61,343 nucleotides of DNA, filler included, from Pirum gemmata (GCA_002812295.1; 16 parts of 16 records of this genome joined end to end with filler, not necessarily neighbours in it); one strand, 5' to 3'; counted from the whole stretch's first letter, positions 39,876 to 51,879 are shown. The notes: generated from the sequence alone by a model not told the origin. Translations and numbers: made by a program.

Positions 39876-40885
39876 ATGTCAACGCACGAAGACCGCCATT
39901 TAGTGTTAAAACGGCAAAATGATTATAGAATAAAGCCAACAAAGGAGTTGCGACCACCTTCGAAAGATTCGAGGTTTGAATTTCTTTCACGTTCACTTTA
40001 CTGTTTATTTTGGTTATCCAGTCCACATTCTCTAACAGGGCAGTAAACTCACAAGTACAATTTAACTTTTTTGTACTTAAAAGGCTCCGCATATTGCAAA
40101 TCAACAAGAACTTTTGTATTAGTTTGAGAGGTTGGGTTGCTTTGTCGGCTTAAAAAGCAGAATAATTATTAACAACCCAATTGTCCTCTCTTATCCTCTC
40201 CTTTCCTTTTAGTATGTAGCATTTTTTTGGTTCTTTTTTTTCAGTAATCTCAATCTCTCACAAATAAACTCTCAATCAGTTGCATGCATTAATTTTCCAT
40301 GTTTTATTATCAATGATTATTGACAGTTTTTTTTTTTTTAGAGGAAAGCCGACCAAGTCACTTTTTGTACCGGACATTTACCCACAAACTGCTACTCAAT
40401 CAGAGGTAAAGCATTATTTTATCACTTTACTAGATGTACTGTGTTCTTTCTGGGTTTTCTGTTTTTCATTTTGTCTTCAATTTTCCAATTATGTAAAAGA
40501 AGAAGTTCATTATTTTTTGTTTTTTGTATTCTATAGGATGTATTGAATCAAAGGCATATCCAAAAAGGATATTTAAATCCGCAATTGAACGAGAGAGTTG
40601 AAGTGGGGAGTGCTCACAAACACCGAGGAAGAACTCCAAGATTATCAAAATCAGTAAGTGCTGGAATATTTTTATCAATCTTAATTTTTGTCCCTCTCAC
40701 TTCTATAATTTTTTTTATAAACACCTGTTTTTGTTCATAAACTTGTGATTTACATCCACTTCCTTATTTACTTAAAAAGATTGTAGACAATTTCGAAATA
40801 ATAAGGGCACTACATGCAGCAAATAGAAAATTGATCAATCCTAAAGATTTACCTTCTCGGCAACACAATTTAATGAATCAGGAGG
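39876..40885 (+). CDS. Candidate multi-exon gene of unknown function
   Basis: AG..GT-bounded open segments, e.g. 40537-40653 (39 codons, ends at GTAAGT) in frame with 40780-40885; upstream exons uncertain. Confidence 0.35.
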
Positions 40886-41539
40886 GTTTGGTTAGTATGA
40901 ATTTTGTGTATTAGTAGTTTCAATTCATTGTTAGTAATTTAAAGTTCAAGGAAATTTTATTTTTTATTTCATGTTGTTACGCCTTTTTTATTTTAAAATT
41001 CACCTGCAGTATTCAAAAACAGCACCAAAATCTTAAATATTGGAATACTCTTCAGGTCCATCATTACAATAATTCCTGTTTATTTTTTCAGTGGTAATTT
41101 ATTGCTGCCACGTTATCATTTAGTAACAGTTAATGATGTTTCCTTTTTGTACAATTCTACTTACCTTTCAAATTAGAAAAAATGGATGGGAAATTTGGCT
41201 GATACGAGATATCCCATGGGACAGCTTGCAAAGAAGGTATTTTTGTTGTTATTGGATACTTGTTTTATAGTTAATGTACTCTAATCATAGTTAGTCTTTT
41301 CGCTTCATACATAAAAGCAAAGGTCCTTATTGCTTTAGTACTTTCTAATGTTTTATTATTATTATTATTATTATTATNNNNNNNNNNNNNNTTTTTTTTT
41401 ATTAACTACTCACTAAAGTCGCTCTTTTACTCTCAAACTCCCACGCTTTACCTTCTGGAAAAACCTTCGTTAAAATATATCATCCGGCATCATATTTGTT
41501 CTTAACCCATGTAACTTCAAGTCTTGTGAATATAGAAGA

Positions 41540-42720
41540 AAGTTATATGATAATGATCAATTACATCATTAAGTATGATAATGATTTAATGAGTATGGAT
41601 GAATTTGATCGTTATATAGGTATTTATATGGCTGAAGCGAACGATAGAGTGACCACACATATTAAGAAGAATGTTAGTAGTAGAATTAGGCAGACCATTA
41701 TGAATGAAGACAATGTTGAAATTTTTTTAGCAAAGTTACAATCACGATATGGTACAACTAAGGATCAAGCGGTGTCAGAATTAAAGAAAATTAAAGTAGG
41801 TAGAGGTAAATACAATAAAATTCAAGATGTATTAGAAGAAATTGATTTACAGTCATTTATTTGTGATAGTAGTACTGGGGCTGAGTACTATGTCTTGAAT
41901 GAAGCATGTAAAGGTATGCAGTACTTAAATGTGTTAGAAGAGTTGAATATGAATGTGATTGCTCGTAACTTGTATACTGATAATCAAGCTTGTTAGGGTT
42001 AGGGTTAGGGTAGTAGATTAGTTACAACTAACACATTTAAGTACTGCATACCTTTACATGCTTACGCTATTGTAGCTAAATACTCCGTCTTTTCATTCAT
42101 TGATCCAACTAAACTCCTTACTACTTCACCTTTATCAATACTTAGAAGAGTTGAATATGAATGTGATTGCTCGTAACTTGTATACTGATAATCAAGCTTG
42201 TTAGGGTTAGGGTTAGGGTAGTAGATTAGTTACAACTAAGTATTGATAAAGGTGAAGTAGTAAGTATTTTGAATGAAAAGACGGAGTATTTAGCTACAAT
42301 AGCGTCAGACTATTCTCAATTCTTGAATAGGCACATGGGTAAAGTGATTAATGATGACGAATGGGATGAATTTATCAATACTTTTATCAATAGTATCAGG
42401 AATGTAGATTCATTATTAAACCGTGATAATAAGAACAATGAGAGTACAATGAGGGTGGTAATGGTGATAGAGCATTTTACAATGATAGAATATGTAGATA
42501 TTTTAAAATGGGAAAATGTCTTAAAGGCTCTGAATGTAACATGGTTCATTTGAAGAAATATAAAGAAACAGGTAACATTGGTAACAATAATAATAGAGGT
42601 AATAATAATTATAACAGAAATAATGGTGCTAATAATGATAATAATAAAAATAATAAAAAACCTTAAGTTTTATAATAATAGTATCTGTTATAAAGGTAAA
42701 AATTGTACTTGGTTACATAA
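41540..42720 (+). mobile_element. Rearranged Copia-like LTR retrotransposon remnant (gag + RNase H + CCCH fingers)
   Basis: Gag-like FLAKLQSRYG fused in frame at 41868 to Copia RNase H SSTGAEYYVLNEAC...LYTDNQAC; probable gag continuation 42240-42440; CCCH motifs 42493-42549 and 42665-42718. Confidence 0.75.
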
Positions 42721-43829
42721 TTCAAATAATAATAACAATAATAATCGTAATAATTTATATAACAATATGAATAACAATAATAACAATAATTATTATAATT
42801 ATACTGTTTGGATTATTTTAACCAAAACTAAAATTATAATTTTACACTTATCATAAATTTTACAAGCCTTTTTTCTAAAACATACCCTATTTATCAGATA
42901 CTTTCTACGCCTATAATTACACTATATCGATAATTTTTATAATTCACTAACTGGAATCTAACTAACTGCCTACACAAAATAAATTTTCCCGCTACCCAAA
43001 ATATATTTCGACTCCCTTAGCTATCATAGCTAGCTAGCTATATATGATAGCTAGCTAGACTCCGGGCTGCTAGCTCAGGCTAGCTAGAGTCTTCTACCGG
43101 TGCCCAAGGCGGCAAGGCCCACAAGTCAAGGGAGTCAATGGTGCTCAACTTCAACTCAAGCTATCGATATATTATTGATATGATAGATCTACTGCCTCCT
43201 GGCTACCTCTCCTGTACCTCTCTCTAGCTAGATAGCTAGCTACTAGTCTATTTTTTTTTTTTTTTTCTCGTCGATAGCGATAAGACCTAGTCACCTAGGC
43301 GATAAGACATCTAGACCGAAAAAAAAAAAATCCTATGTCACGGCTCTTGAGTGTTCGAGGTGAGTTTCGAGCTCGAGATGAAGTGGTTACGTCATATCAA
43401 GCTCGGAATAGTATCTGATAAAAGGGCGGTGTGAGCCTCAGAGCCTGAGGCCTGTGTAAAGATTTGGGCAAAGTTAGTCATGTAAATAGTTATACTTGGA
43501 AAGGTTGGTTTCTTTTAATGATTTCAAAAGATGTATATAAAGGAAGAGTAATAGCATATGTGTGAGGAAATGAATTATAAACAGATCAAAATCATGAGTA
43601 ACTATATACAAACTACCCATTGGATTGACGTATATCTGAATAATAACCATGAAATCCCGTGTGATAGTTCGGATGATGAAAATGACAACAAAAATGACAT
43701 AGACGCACATGTTGAGTTGTGATTAAAGCAATTGAGTTAGTAACGTGATTAGGAGAAGTAGCTTGTATTTTGTAGACACCATTTTGATTCGAGTCATTCT
43801 GACCGTTTAAAATTATCATGTTTTGGATT

Positions 43830-43988
43830 ATTCATAATTATCGAGTCCTCTTGATTAAATCCGGAATAACACATAATAGCTACAATAGCATTGATACCAT
43901 TCTGCATTTTATCAATTCCTAATGATTTAGAAATTTTAGCATCCAATAAAGCTTGTTGAGAATTTTCGAGCACTTGGCCAATAACGTC
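43830..43988 (-). pseudogene. Fragment of a divergent RNA polymerase second-largest subunit (RPB2-type), probably viral
   Basis: Hand translation (not in ORF track): DVIGQVLENSQQALLDAKISKSLGIDKMQNGINAIVAIMCYSGFNQEDSIIMN, matching the RPB2 motif G.NAIVAI..Y.GYNQEDS.I.N; truncated on both sides. Confidence 0.85.
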
Positions 43989-44379
43989 AACTTTTTACAG
44001 GGCCGAAAGACCCAAATCAGGTTCCATCTCTGTATATACATATACATAATCACATAATAGCTACTTAGGTTTGATTCTCGATTAGAAAAAAACAGCAAGC
44101 TATTACAATGTCATATTAACGTCTAACTGTTACAATGTGTTTGAAAAATTATAGAAACCGAGGACGAGGAGCCTCACACTTTCAAGAAGACATGGTACGA
44201 CCGTACGAGGCGAGGGCCACTTATCCTGGCATCGCACAAATGGACACTGAATCTATTGGCAATAAAATGATGGATTGGTAGGTGGTACACTATTTAACCC
44301 CCAACAACAGAGAGGATAGCCTCACGAAGGACCTCAGGGTCGAGAAGAATATTTATGGCCACTGTTGGTGTTATTGGTG

Positions 44380-44612
44380 TCATCGTAAAAAAGTTGGGTT
44401 TCAATAAAAGATATTGTATCATTTATATTTAAATTTCTTCCTGCTACTCCACATGTTTGGCCTGAGTTTATGATGTGGGGCATTACTTTGTGTAGTTTAT
44501 CTGCTATTGTAGCTGCAATGATTTTATAGTCGGTATTCATTACTAGAGTTATTGGTCTATAGTTTTTTGAATTTAATCGATCGTTCTTTTTAAAAAATAT
44601 TGGTAATATTAT
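44380..44612 (-). pseudogene. L1/Tx1-clade RT N-terminal fragment
   Basis: KNYRPITLVMNTDYKIIAATIADKLHKVMPHIINSGQTCGVAGR matches YRPI.L.NTDYKI...L..V...II...QT.GVPGR. Confidence 0.88.
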
Positions 44613-44772
44613 CCCGATATATAATATATTATATATATCTCAACAGGTATGCCATCATACCCCAGCATACTCCCAGCATCATACCCAGGGGCTTTTTTTC
44701 GTTTCATTTTGTTTAGACTGGGGGCTGACTGAGACTGGGGGGGNNNNNNNNNNNNNNNNNNNNNNNNNNNNN

Positions 44773-44775
44773 AAC

Positions 44776-44817
<42 letters not shown>

Positions 44818-44907
44818 AATAGTAATAATAATAATAGCTATAACGATAATAACAATAATTACAATAATAATAAGAATAATAATAATAAGAATAATGATAA
44901 TAATAGT

Positions 44908-44940
<33 letters not shown>

Positions 44941-46062
44941 AATGGTAATGATAACAATAACAATAACAATAACAATAATAATAACAGCAATAACAACAAT
45001 AATAATGACAATAATAGTAATGATAACGAAAACAACGACAACAACAACAATAACAACAATAGTAATAATGATAGTGGTTATAATAGAAATAACACTAACG
45101 ATAATAATAATGATAATGTTAGTAATAACAATAACAATAGTGCCGACGTCAATAGCATTATTAATAAGCATGTGGTTAATATTGTTACGGAAGCTACTCC
45201 AAATGATAGTAATAATAACGATTTAAGTAAAATTATTAATAAAAGTAATGGTAATGATGAAGGTAATAATAACAACAACAATAACAATAACAATAACAAT
45301 AACAATAACAATAACAATAACAATAATAACAATGATAGTGATAATAACGATAAAAATGATGTTGAACATGAAAATAATTTGGTTGTAGAAAAAAATAATA
45401 ATATTACTAATTGTAAAATTGCCAATAATAATAGTAACAATAACAATAACAATAACAATAACAACAATAATAACAATAACAACAATAACAACAATAACAA
45501 CAATAATAACAACACTAGTAAGAACCAAAATGAAAATGGAGATAGCCTGTCTATTATTACCAACCAAAACTTACTTAACTATAATTTTAAAAATAACATT
45601 GCTACTACTACTACTACTACTACTACTACTATTACTACTACTACTACTACTGCTACTGCTACTACTACTACTACCACTACCACCACCACCACTACTACTA
45701 ATACTACTTCTTCTACTTCTACTTCTACTACTACTACTACTGTCACTGCTAATACCACTAATACCACTAACACTACTAATACTACTGATACTACTAATTC
45801 TAATACTACTAATACTACTAGTACTACTAATACTACCAATACTACTAATACTAATACTAATACTACTAATACTACTAATACTGATACTACTAATCCTACT
45901 AATACTAATACTAATACTATTACTGCTACTGAAGATGAACAACTCACAGTTATCAATGACGTCATAAATAATAAATTTACTACTACTACTAACAATAACA
46001 AAAAGGATGATTACTCTAATAATAATAATAGTAATAATAATAATAATAATAATAATGATAAC

Positions 46063-46102
<40 letters not shown>

Positions 46103-46146
46103 GTAGTAGTAGTAGTAGTAGTAATGGTAGTAGTGGTAGTAGTAGT
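44773..46146 (+). CDS. Possible Asn/Thr/Ser-rich low-complexity coding exon
   Basis: One frame stays stop-free gap to gap (458 codons) across several repeat types, with interspersed complex peptides such as SADVNSIINKHVVNIVTEATP and EDEQLTVINDVINNKF. Confidence 0.4.
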
Positions 46147-46616
46147 NNNNNNNNNNNNNNNNNNNNNNNNNNNNNNNNNNNNNNNNNNNNTTAATTAATT
46201 AANNNNNNNNNNNNNNNNNNNNNNNNNNNNNNNNNNNNNNNNNNNNCACAAACAAAACACAAACAAAACACAAACAAAACACAAACAAAACACAAACAAA
46301 ACACAAACAAAACACAAAAAAAACACAAAAAAAACACAAAAAAAACACAAAAAAAACACAAACAAACCGCAATAAACAAAAACATCAGCAAAGGGCTTCA
46401 ATCCTGAAAATGGTTCATAATCTAGAGTTCAATACTACAAATAAACCACAAAATAAACCACAAAATAAACCACAAAATAAACCACAAAATAAACACAAAA
46501 TAAACCACAAAATAAACCACAAAATAAACCACAAAATAAACCACAAAATAAACCACAAAACAAACTACAAACTACAAACAACCCACAATAAACAAAAACA
46601 CCAGCAACAGAAATAC

Positions 46617-46802
46617 CTGCACAAGTTTCAATGCCGAAGCAAGGGTTGCAAAAAAGTCCACATAATCTAACCGAGTTTTAGAATGAACATTTATTCGATT
46701 TATTATTTGACAAAATGCACCAGGATAACTCCATATAAATGCGTACAAAAGATGTGGCGAAGCAAGAACTGAACACAAAGCAAAAGACGAAGGCATAGTC
46801 AT
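46617..46802 (-). CDS. Plant/algal-type phospholipid N-methyltransferase (PLMT, PEMT family), N-terminal coding exon
   Basis: LASPHLLYAFIWSYPGAF...DYVDFFATLASALKLVQ resembles the PLMT N terminus (P..FY..LW.....D....A..S..LK..Q); phase-0 donor CAG|GTATTT. Confidence 0.7.
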
Positions 46803-47399
46803 AACTTGTTTTCTTGTTTTCTTGTTTTCTTGTTTTCTTGTTTTCTTGTTTTCTTGTTTTCTTGTTTTCTTGTTTTCGTTGATGTGCTGGTGTGTTGTTG
46901 TGTTGTTGTGTTGGTGTGTTGGTGTGTCGGTGTGTCGCTGTGTCGGTGTGTTGGTGTTGTGTTGTTGTGTTGTTGTGTTGTTGTGTTGTGGTGTTGTGGT
47001 GTTGTGGTGTTGTGGTGGTGTGGTGGTGTGGTGGTGTGGTGATGTGGTGGTGTGGTGATGTGGTGGTGTGGTGATGTGGTGATGTGGTAATGTGGTGATG
47101 TGGTGATGTGGTGGTGTGGTGTTGTTGACTCTTTTTTATTATTATTTATATAGACACTAGTCTAAAAACGTGATTTGTTACTCTGCCAGGTGCTCTCAAT
47201 CTTTAATTTGGTACTGTTTAAATATATAACTGAACTTGTTTATAAAATAAAATATCAATTATAAAATACCAAATAAATTAAAACATGTCCGATACTTTTA
47301 CTTTGGTAAGTTTAGACTATTTCAGTTTTATATATAAACCTCTATATTAGAGGTCTGTAGACCCGGTCTAGTTAGAGGGGTCCTAGTCTACCGTAGCAC

Positions 47400-47520
47400 T
47401 AAGTAACGCCAATTTCCGTCAAATACAGCTTCAAATACCCCTACCTACCTGCACTTCGACGTTAATTTCCGGTCAAATACCACCTACCTACCTACCCCTT
47501 GACGTGACGTATTATTTGAA
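47400..47520 (-). mobile_element. Harbinger-type MITE family B, inverted and truncated
   Basis: Reverse complement of 30055-30199. Confidence 0.8.
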
Positions 47521-47921
47521 TTATACTTTGTTTTATAGACTATATAAATAAATTCCAATTATACAGTACCAACTTTTAACTTTTCAGTTCTTTTGTCATC
47601 ATAAAATATACAATAAAGAGTACCAAATTAATACCATACAAATCCATTTCATTTAATTTGGTATGTTATATTATCTATTTATTCATTTAAAAATGTCAAC
47701 TTAAATATTATAACCAACCAAATAAATGTTCAGAGTGGCAAAATAAATGAAACGATCTATACTAGCTAGCAACTAACTAGTAGTAGAGTGGTCTACTAGT
47801 TTACTAGTCTATATCAGACTAGTCTACCCCCACTCTACCCCCCCGGGTACTGGAAGTAGTAGTAGTACTGGTGGTGGTGGTGGTAGCAGTAGTAGTAGCA
47901 GTAATATTAGTAGTAGCGCTC

Positions 47922-47986
<65 letters not shown>

Positions 47987-47990
47987 TTAA

Positions 47991-48033
<43 letters not shown>

Positions 48034-48034
48034 N

Positions 48035-48116
<82 letters not shown>

Positions 48117-48419
48117 GTAGTAGTAGTAGTAGCAGATTGTTATGGTAGCAGAAGTAATGCATTAGTTAGCTGTAGTAGTATTAATAGTAGTAGTTAAGTA
48201 TCCTTCAATTTTGATTTGGTATTATGAACAAATATATATCAATAAATATTTAAATGATTTCAAATTACTCGTGCGGTAATTATGATAAAGTGATATCATA
48301 ATTATTATCATATCATAATTAGGTATTTTGATTACAAAAAAATATATTGTCTTTTAAGAATAATGAAAACGGTGTAGATGACGTAAAAAGTGACATATGA
48401 TATTTCCATTTACTCATCA

Positions 48420-49430
48420 CTATTAATAATATACCAGAAATAATAGCAGAAAGTAGCAGAATGAATTACAATGTTCACTATAATTATTATATTCATTATT
48501 CCCAATACAAGAAATTACACTAGTAGAATGAAGTCTACTTTATTATATTCATTATTATAAAAACAAGAATAAATAACAGAATAAATATATTCATTATTCC
48601 CAATACAAGAAATTACACTAGAATAAAGTGTAATGTCTACTTAATTTTATTTATTCTGTTATTTATAATAATGAATATAATAAAGCTAATTCTTTATTTG
48701 GCATGTTATATTGATTATTAAAAATACAAAGAAAAAAAAGCAGAATAAATTGCAATGTTTAGTTTATTTTTGATTTGGTATATCATATTAATTATTATTA
48801 ATACAAGAAATAATAACAGAATAAATTACAATGGTTTATTTATTTTTATTTATTTTTATTTATTTGACATATTATATTCATTATTATTAAAACAAGAAAA
48901 ATAGAAATGTTCAGTTTATTTTTAATTTGGCATATCCTATTAATTATTGTTAAATACAAGAAATAATAACACAATAAATTACAATTCAAATTTATTTTTA
49001 ATTTGTCTTATCATTTTACAAGAAATAATAGCAAAATAAATTACAATGCTCAGTTTATTTTTAATTTGGCAATAGTATATTAATTATTTCCAATACAAGA
49101 AATAACACTACTGGGTAGGATGAAGTGTAATGTTCAGTTTATTTTTATTTCGGCATATTATATCATATTATATTCATTATTATCTCTACAAGAAATAATA
49201 GCAATAAATCGTCACATTCAGTTTATTCTTAATTCATTATTATTAAAACAAGAATAAATAACAGATTTAATCGTAACATTTAGTAAATTCTTAATTTATA
49301 TCCATTATTATTATTAAACAAGAAAAAATAACAGAATATTATATTCATTATTATTTTAAAACAAGAAAAATAGCAAAATAAATTGTAACTTTCGGTTTAT
49401 TTTTAACTCGGCATACTGTATTCATTGTCA
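48420..49430. repeat. Degenerate AT-rich minisatellite, ~70-80-bp unit
   Basis: Recurrent ACAAGAAATAATAGCAGAATAAATTACAATGTTCAGTTTATTTTTAATTTGGCATATTATATTCATTATT-like units. Confidence 0.8.
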
Positions 49431-49523
49431 TCATTATTTTCCAAAGTAAAAGAATGAGAATCCTGATCGTCTGCAATAGGAGTTTCTGAGCCAACACAAT
49501 CAGTTAATGGAGCATAATACTCG

Positions 49524-49561
<38 letters not shown>

Positions 49562-49919
49562 ATTATTGTTATTATTGTTATTATTATTATTGTTATTATT
49601 ATTATTATCATTANNNNNNNNNNNNNNNNNNNNNNNNNNNNNNNNNNNNNNNNNNNNTTAATTAATTAANNNNNNNNNNNNNNNNNNNNNNNNNNNNNNN
49701 NNNNNNNNNNNNNAAAAAAAAAAAAAAAAAAATAAAAAAAAATTTAAAAAAAAAAAAAAAAATAAAAAAAAAAAAAGTTAGTTCATATTTCATTGGTTAC
49801 CAAAACCAACGAGAAAAAGTGATTGGTTTGTGCGTAACTAAAAAAAGTTGTCTGTATTTTATTTTTTTTATTTGATACACCAATCATTCCTTCTTTTTTT
49901 TTTTTTCGTTTGTTTATAG

Positions 49920-50049
49920 AGTTCAAATACTACGTAACGCCAATTTCCTGTCAATTACAGCTTCAAATACCTCTACCTACCTACCCCTCGACGTTAATTT
50001 CTGGTTAAATACCACCTACCTACCTACCCCTTGACGTAACGTATTATTT
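49920..50049 (-). mobile_element. Harbinger-type MITE family B, inverted and truncated
   Basis: Reverse complement of 30055-30199. Confidence 0.8.
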
Positions 50050-51638
50050 TTGTTTGTTTTTCGCCAAAAACAAGCACCCGTAGTNNNNNNNNNNNNNNCA
50101 AGCCAATCATTTTTATGAAAGCCACTTATACTTATTATTATTATTTTTTTTTTTTTTTGACCAATAGAAAATAATGTAGACTATTTTTTTTGTTTATTAT
50201 TATTATTTTTTTTCGCCATCAAATATGGAATAAAGGTGTCTTTCTTATCCGAGATTGATAGTTTTTTGCCTAAGATGGAGGGAAAAACTATGCTTTCTCG
50301 ACGACCCGAATTTTTTCTTGCGCAGAGGAGAGTTATGAGACTGCGCAAAAAAAAAAATTGAAAAAGTGCAGCTCAATTTTTTTCGAACGAGTGACTGAAT
50401 TGGAGAATGAAGTCTAAAGCAAAGGTTCGAAAAAGTGAGAAATAAATTCGAGCAAACGGGATGATATATATATATATGAGGGGGGAGACAGTTTACTCTG
50501 CTCTTAAAAAAAAAAGGAGATTTATAAGAAACATTGGTTCTTGACTTTGATCAATTTCGTATATATACTCATACACTTTTCTCATTTAGTTTCAAAACAA
50601 TACAAACTCTTGAAATAATATAACCATAGATATTACTTACAATTCGATAATGGATTATTTAACTATTCTCGAATCTCTGACTCGTGGTTTGGAGTTAATT
50701 AGTAATAAATTGTTGTAAAAGGGGCTTGTTGTTATAAATATATAGGATACCCCAACGTTAATATATGATATAATATAACTTTTTAATAATAATATAATAA
50801 TAAATAACGAAATAAGTGTAATTAAGAGGTTTTTTATCTTTATTTTATGCTTTGCAATTGCCAAATATCAATTTTATATTCTTTTATAACAAAAAGTAAA
50901 GAAGTTTTAGTTTTGAAAGAACGCAAGTTTCTCACTCATTAAAAACATAACAATGTATAGTAATAATAGAACACAATAATGAAATAATAATGGAAAGGGT
51001 GAAATAATAAATAATAAATAATAAATAATAAATAAATAATAAATAATAAATAATAAATAATAAATAAATAATAAACTTAAAAGGTTTGTTAGGGTTAAGG
51101 TTAACAAAATTTGTAACAAAAAGAATATTATAAATGCAGCAAGGTTAGGTTTATACCAAACCTTTTTTTTTTTTTTGGTCTGTCATTGGGGAACATTCAT
51201 TAATGACGTCACTTTTTGAACCTATCCTTTTTCAAGATTTCCATTTTAATGGCTTAGATTACAATCTGAAAGCTTAGAGTTTTCATCTGATAGGGTCAGA
51301 TGGGGAGGGTCTGCAGAGTTTTATGATGACGTTCCCTTGTTTTTTCTTCAATATGGTACAAACATTCTAAAAACGTCCAATTTTTTTTACTAAGTAAAGG
51401 TCCACTTTTTATATATATATATATGTTTCGAAATTTCAAACCTATTAAATACCTATTAAACTATTTATATTCGAAAACTGAAAATTCTGGTGAAACGCAA
51501 AAGTTGAACGTTTTTAAATGGTTTGCTCCATAGACTATTTCATTTTTAATAAATTTTAACTGGCTGAAATTGTAGACTATCTTATTCATATCTTCTTTGA
51601 AAATTTTTCTTAATTTTCATTAGCTGCGAAAAATGTAC

Positions 51639-51696
<58 letters not shown>

Positions 51697-51701
51697 ACTT
51701 A

Positions 51702-51841
51702 GGGAGTATTCAAATAATACGTCAGGGTAGGTAGGTAGGCAGTATTTGACAGGAAATTAACGTCAAGGGGTAGGTAGGTAGGGTATTTGAAGCTGTACTT
51801 GATCGGAAATTGGCGTCGTTACGAAGTATTTGAATGCTCCC
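51702..51841 (+). mobile_element. Harbinger-type MITE family B, full length
   Basis: GGGAGTATTCAAATA ... TATTTGAATGCTCCC with TTA on both sides. Confidence 0.9.
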
Positions 51842-51879
51842 TTAGGAATTTTTAATTAGTGAGAAACTTGCGAAATCCC

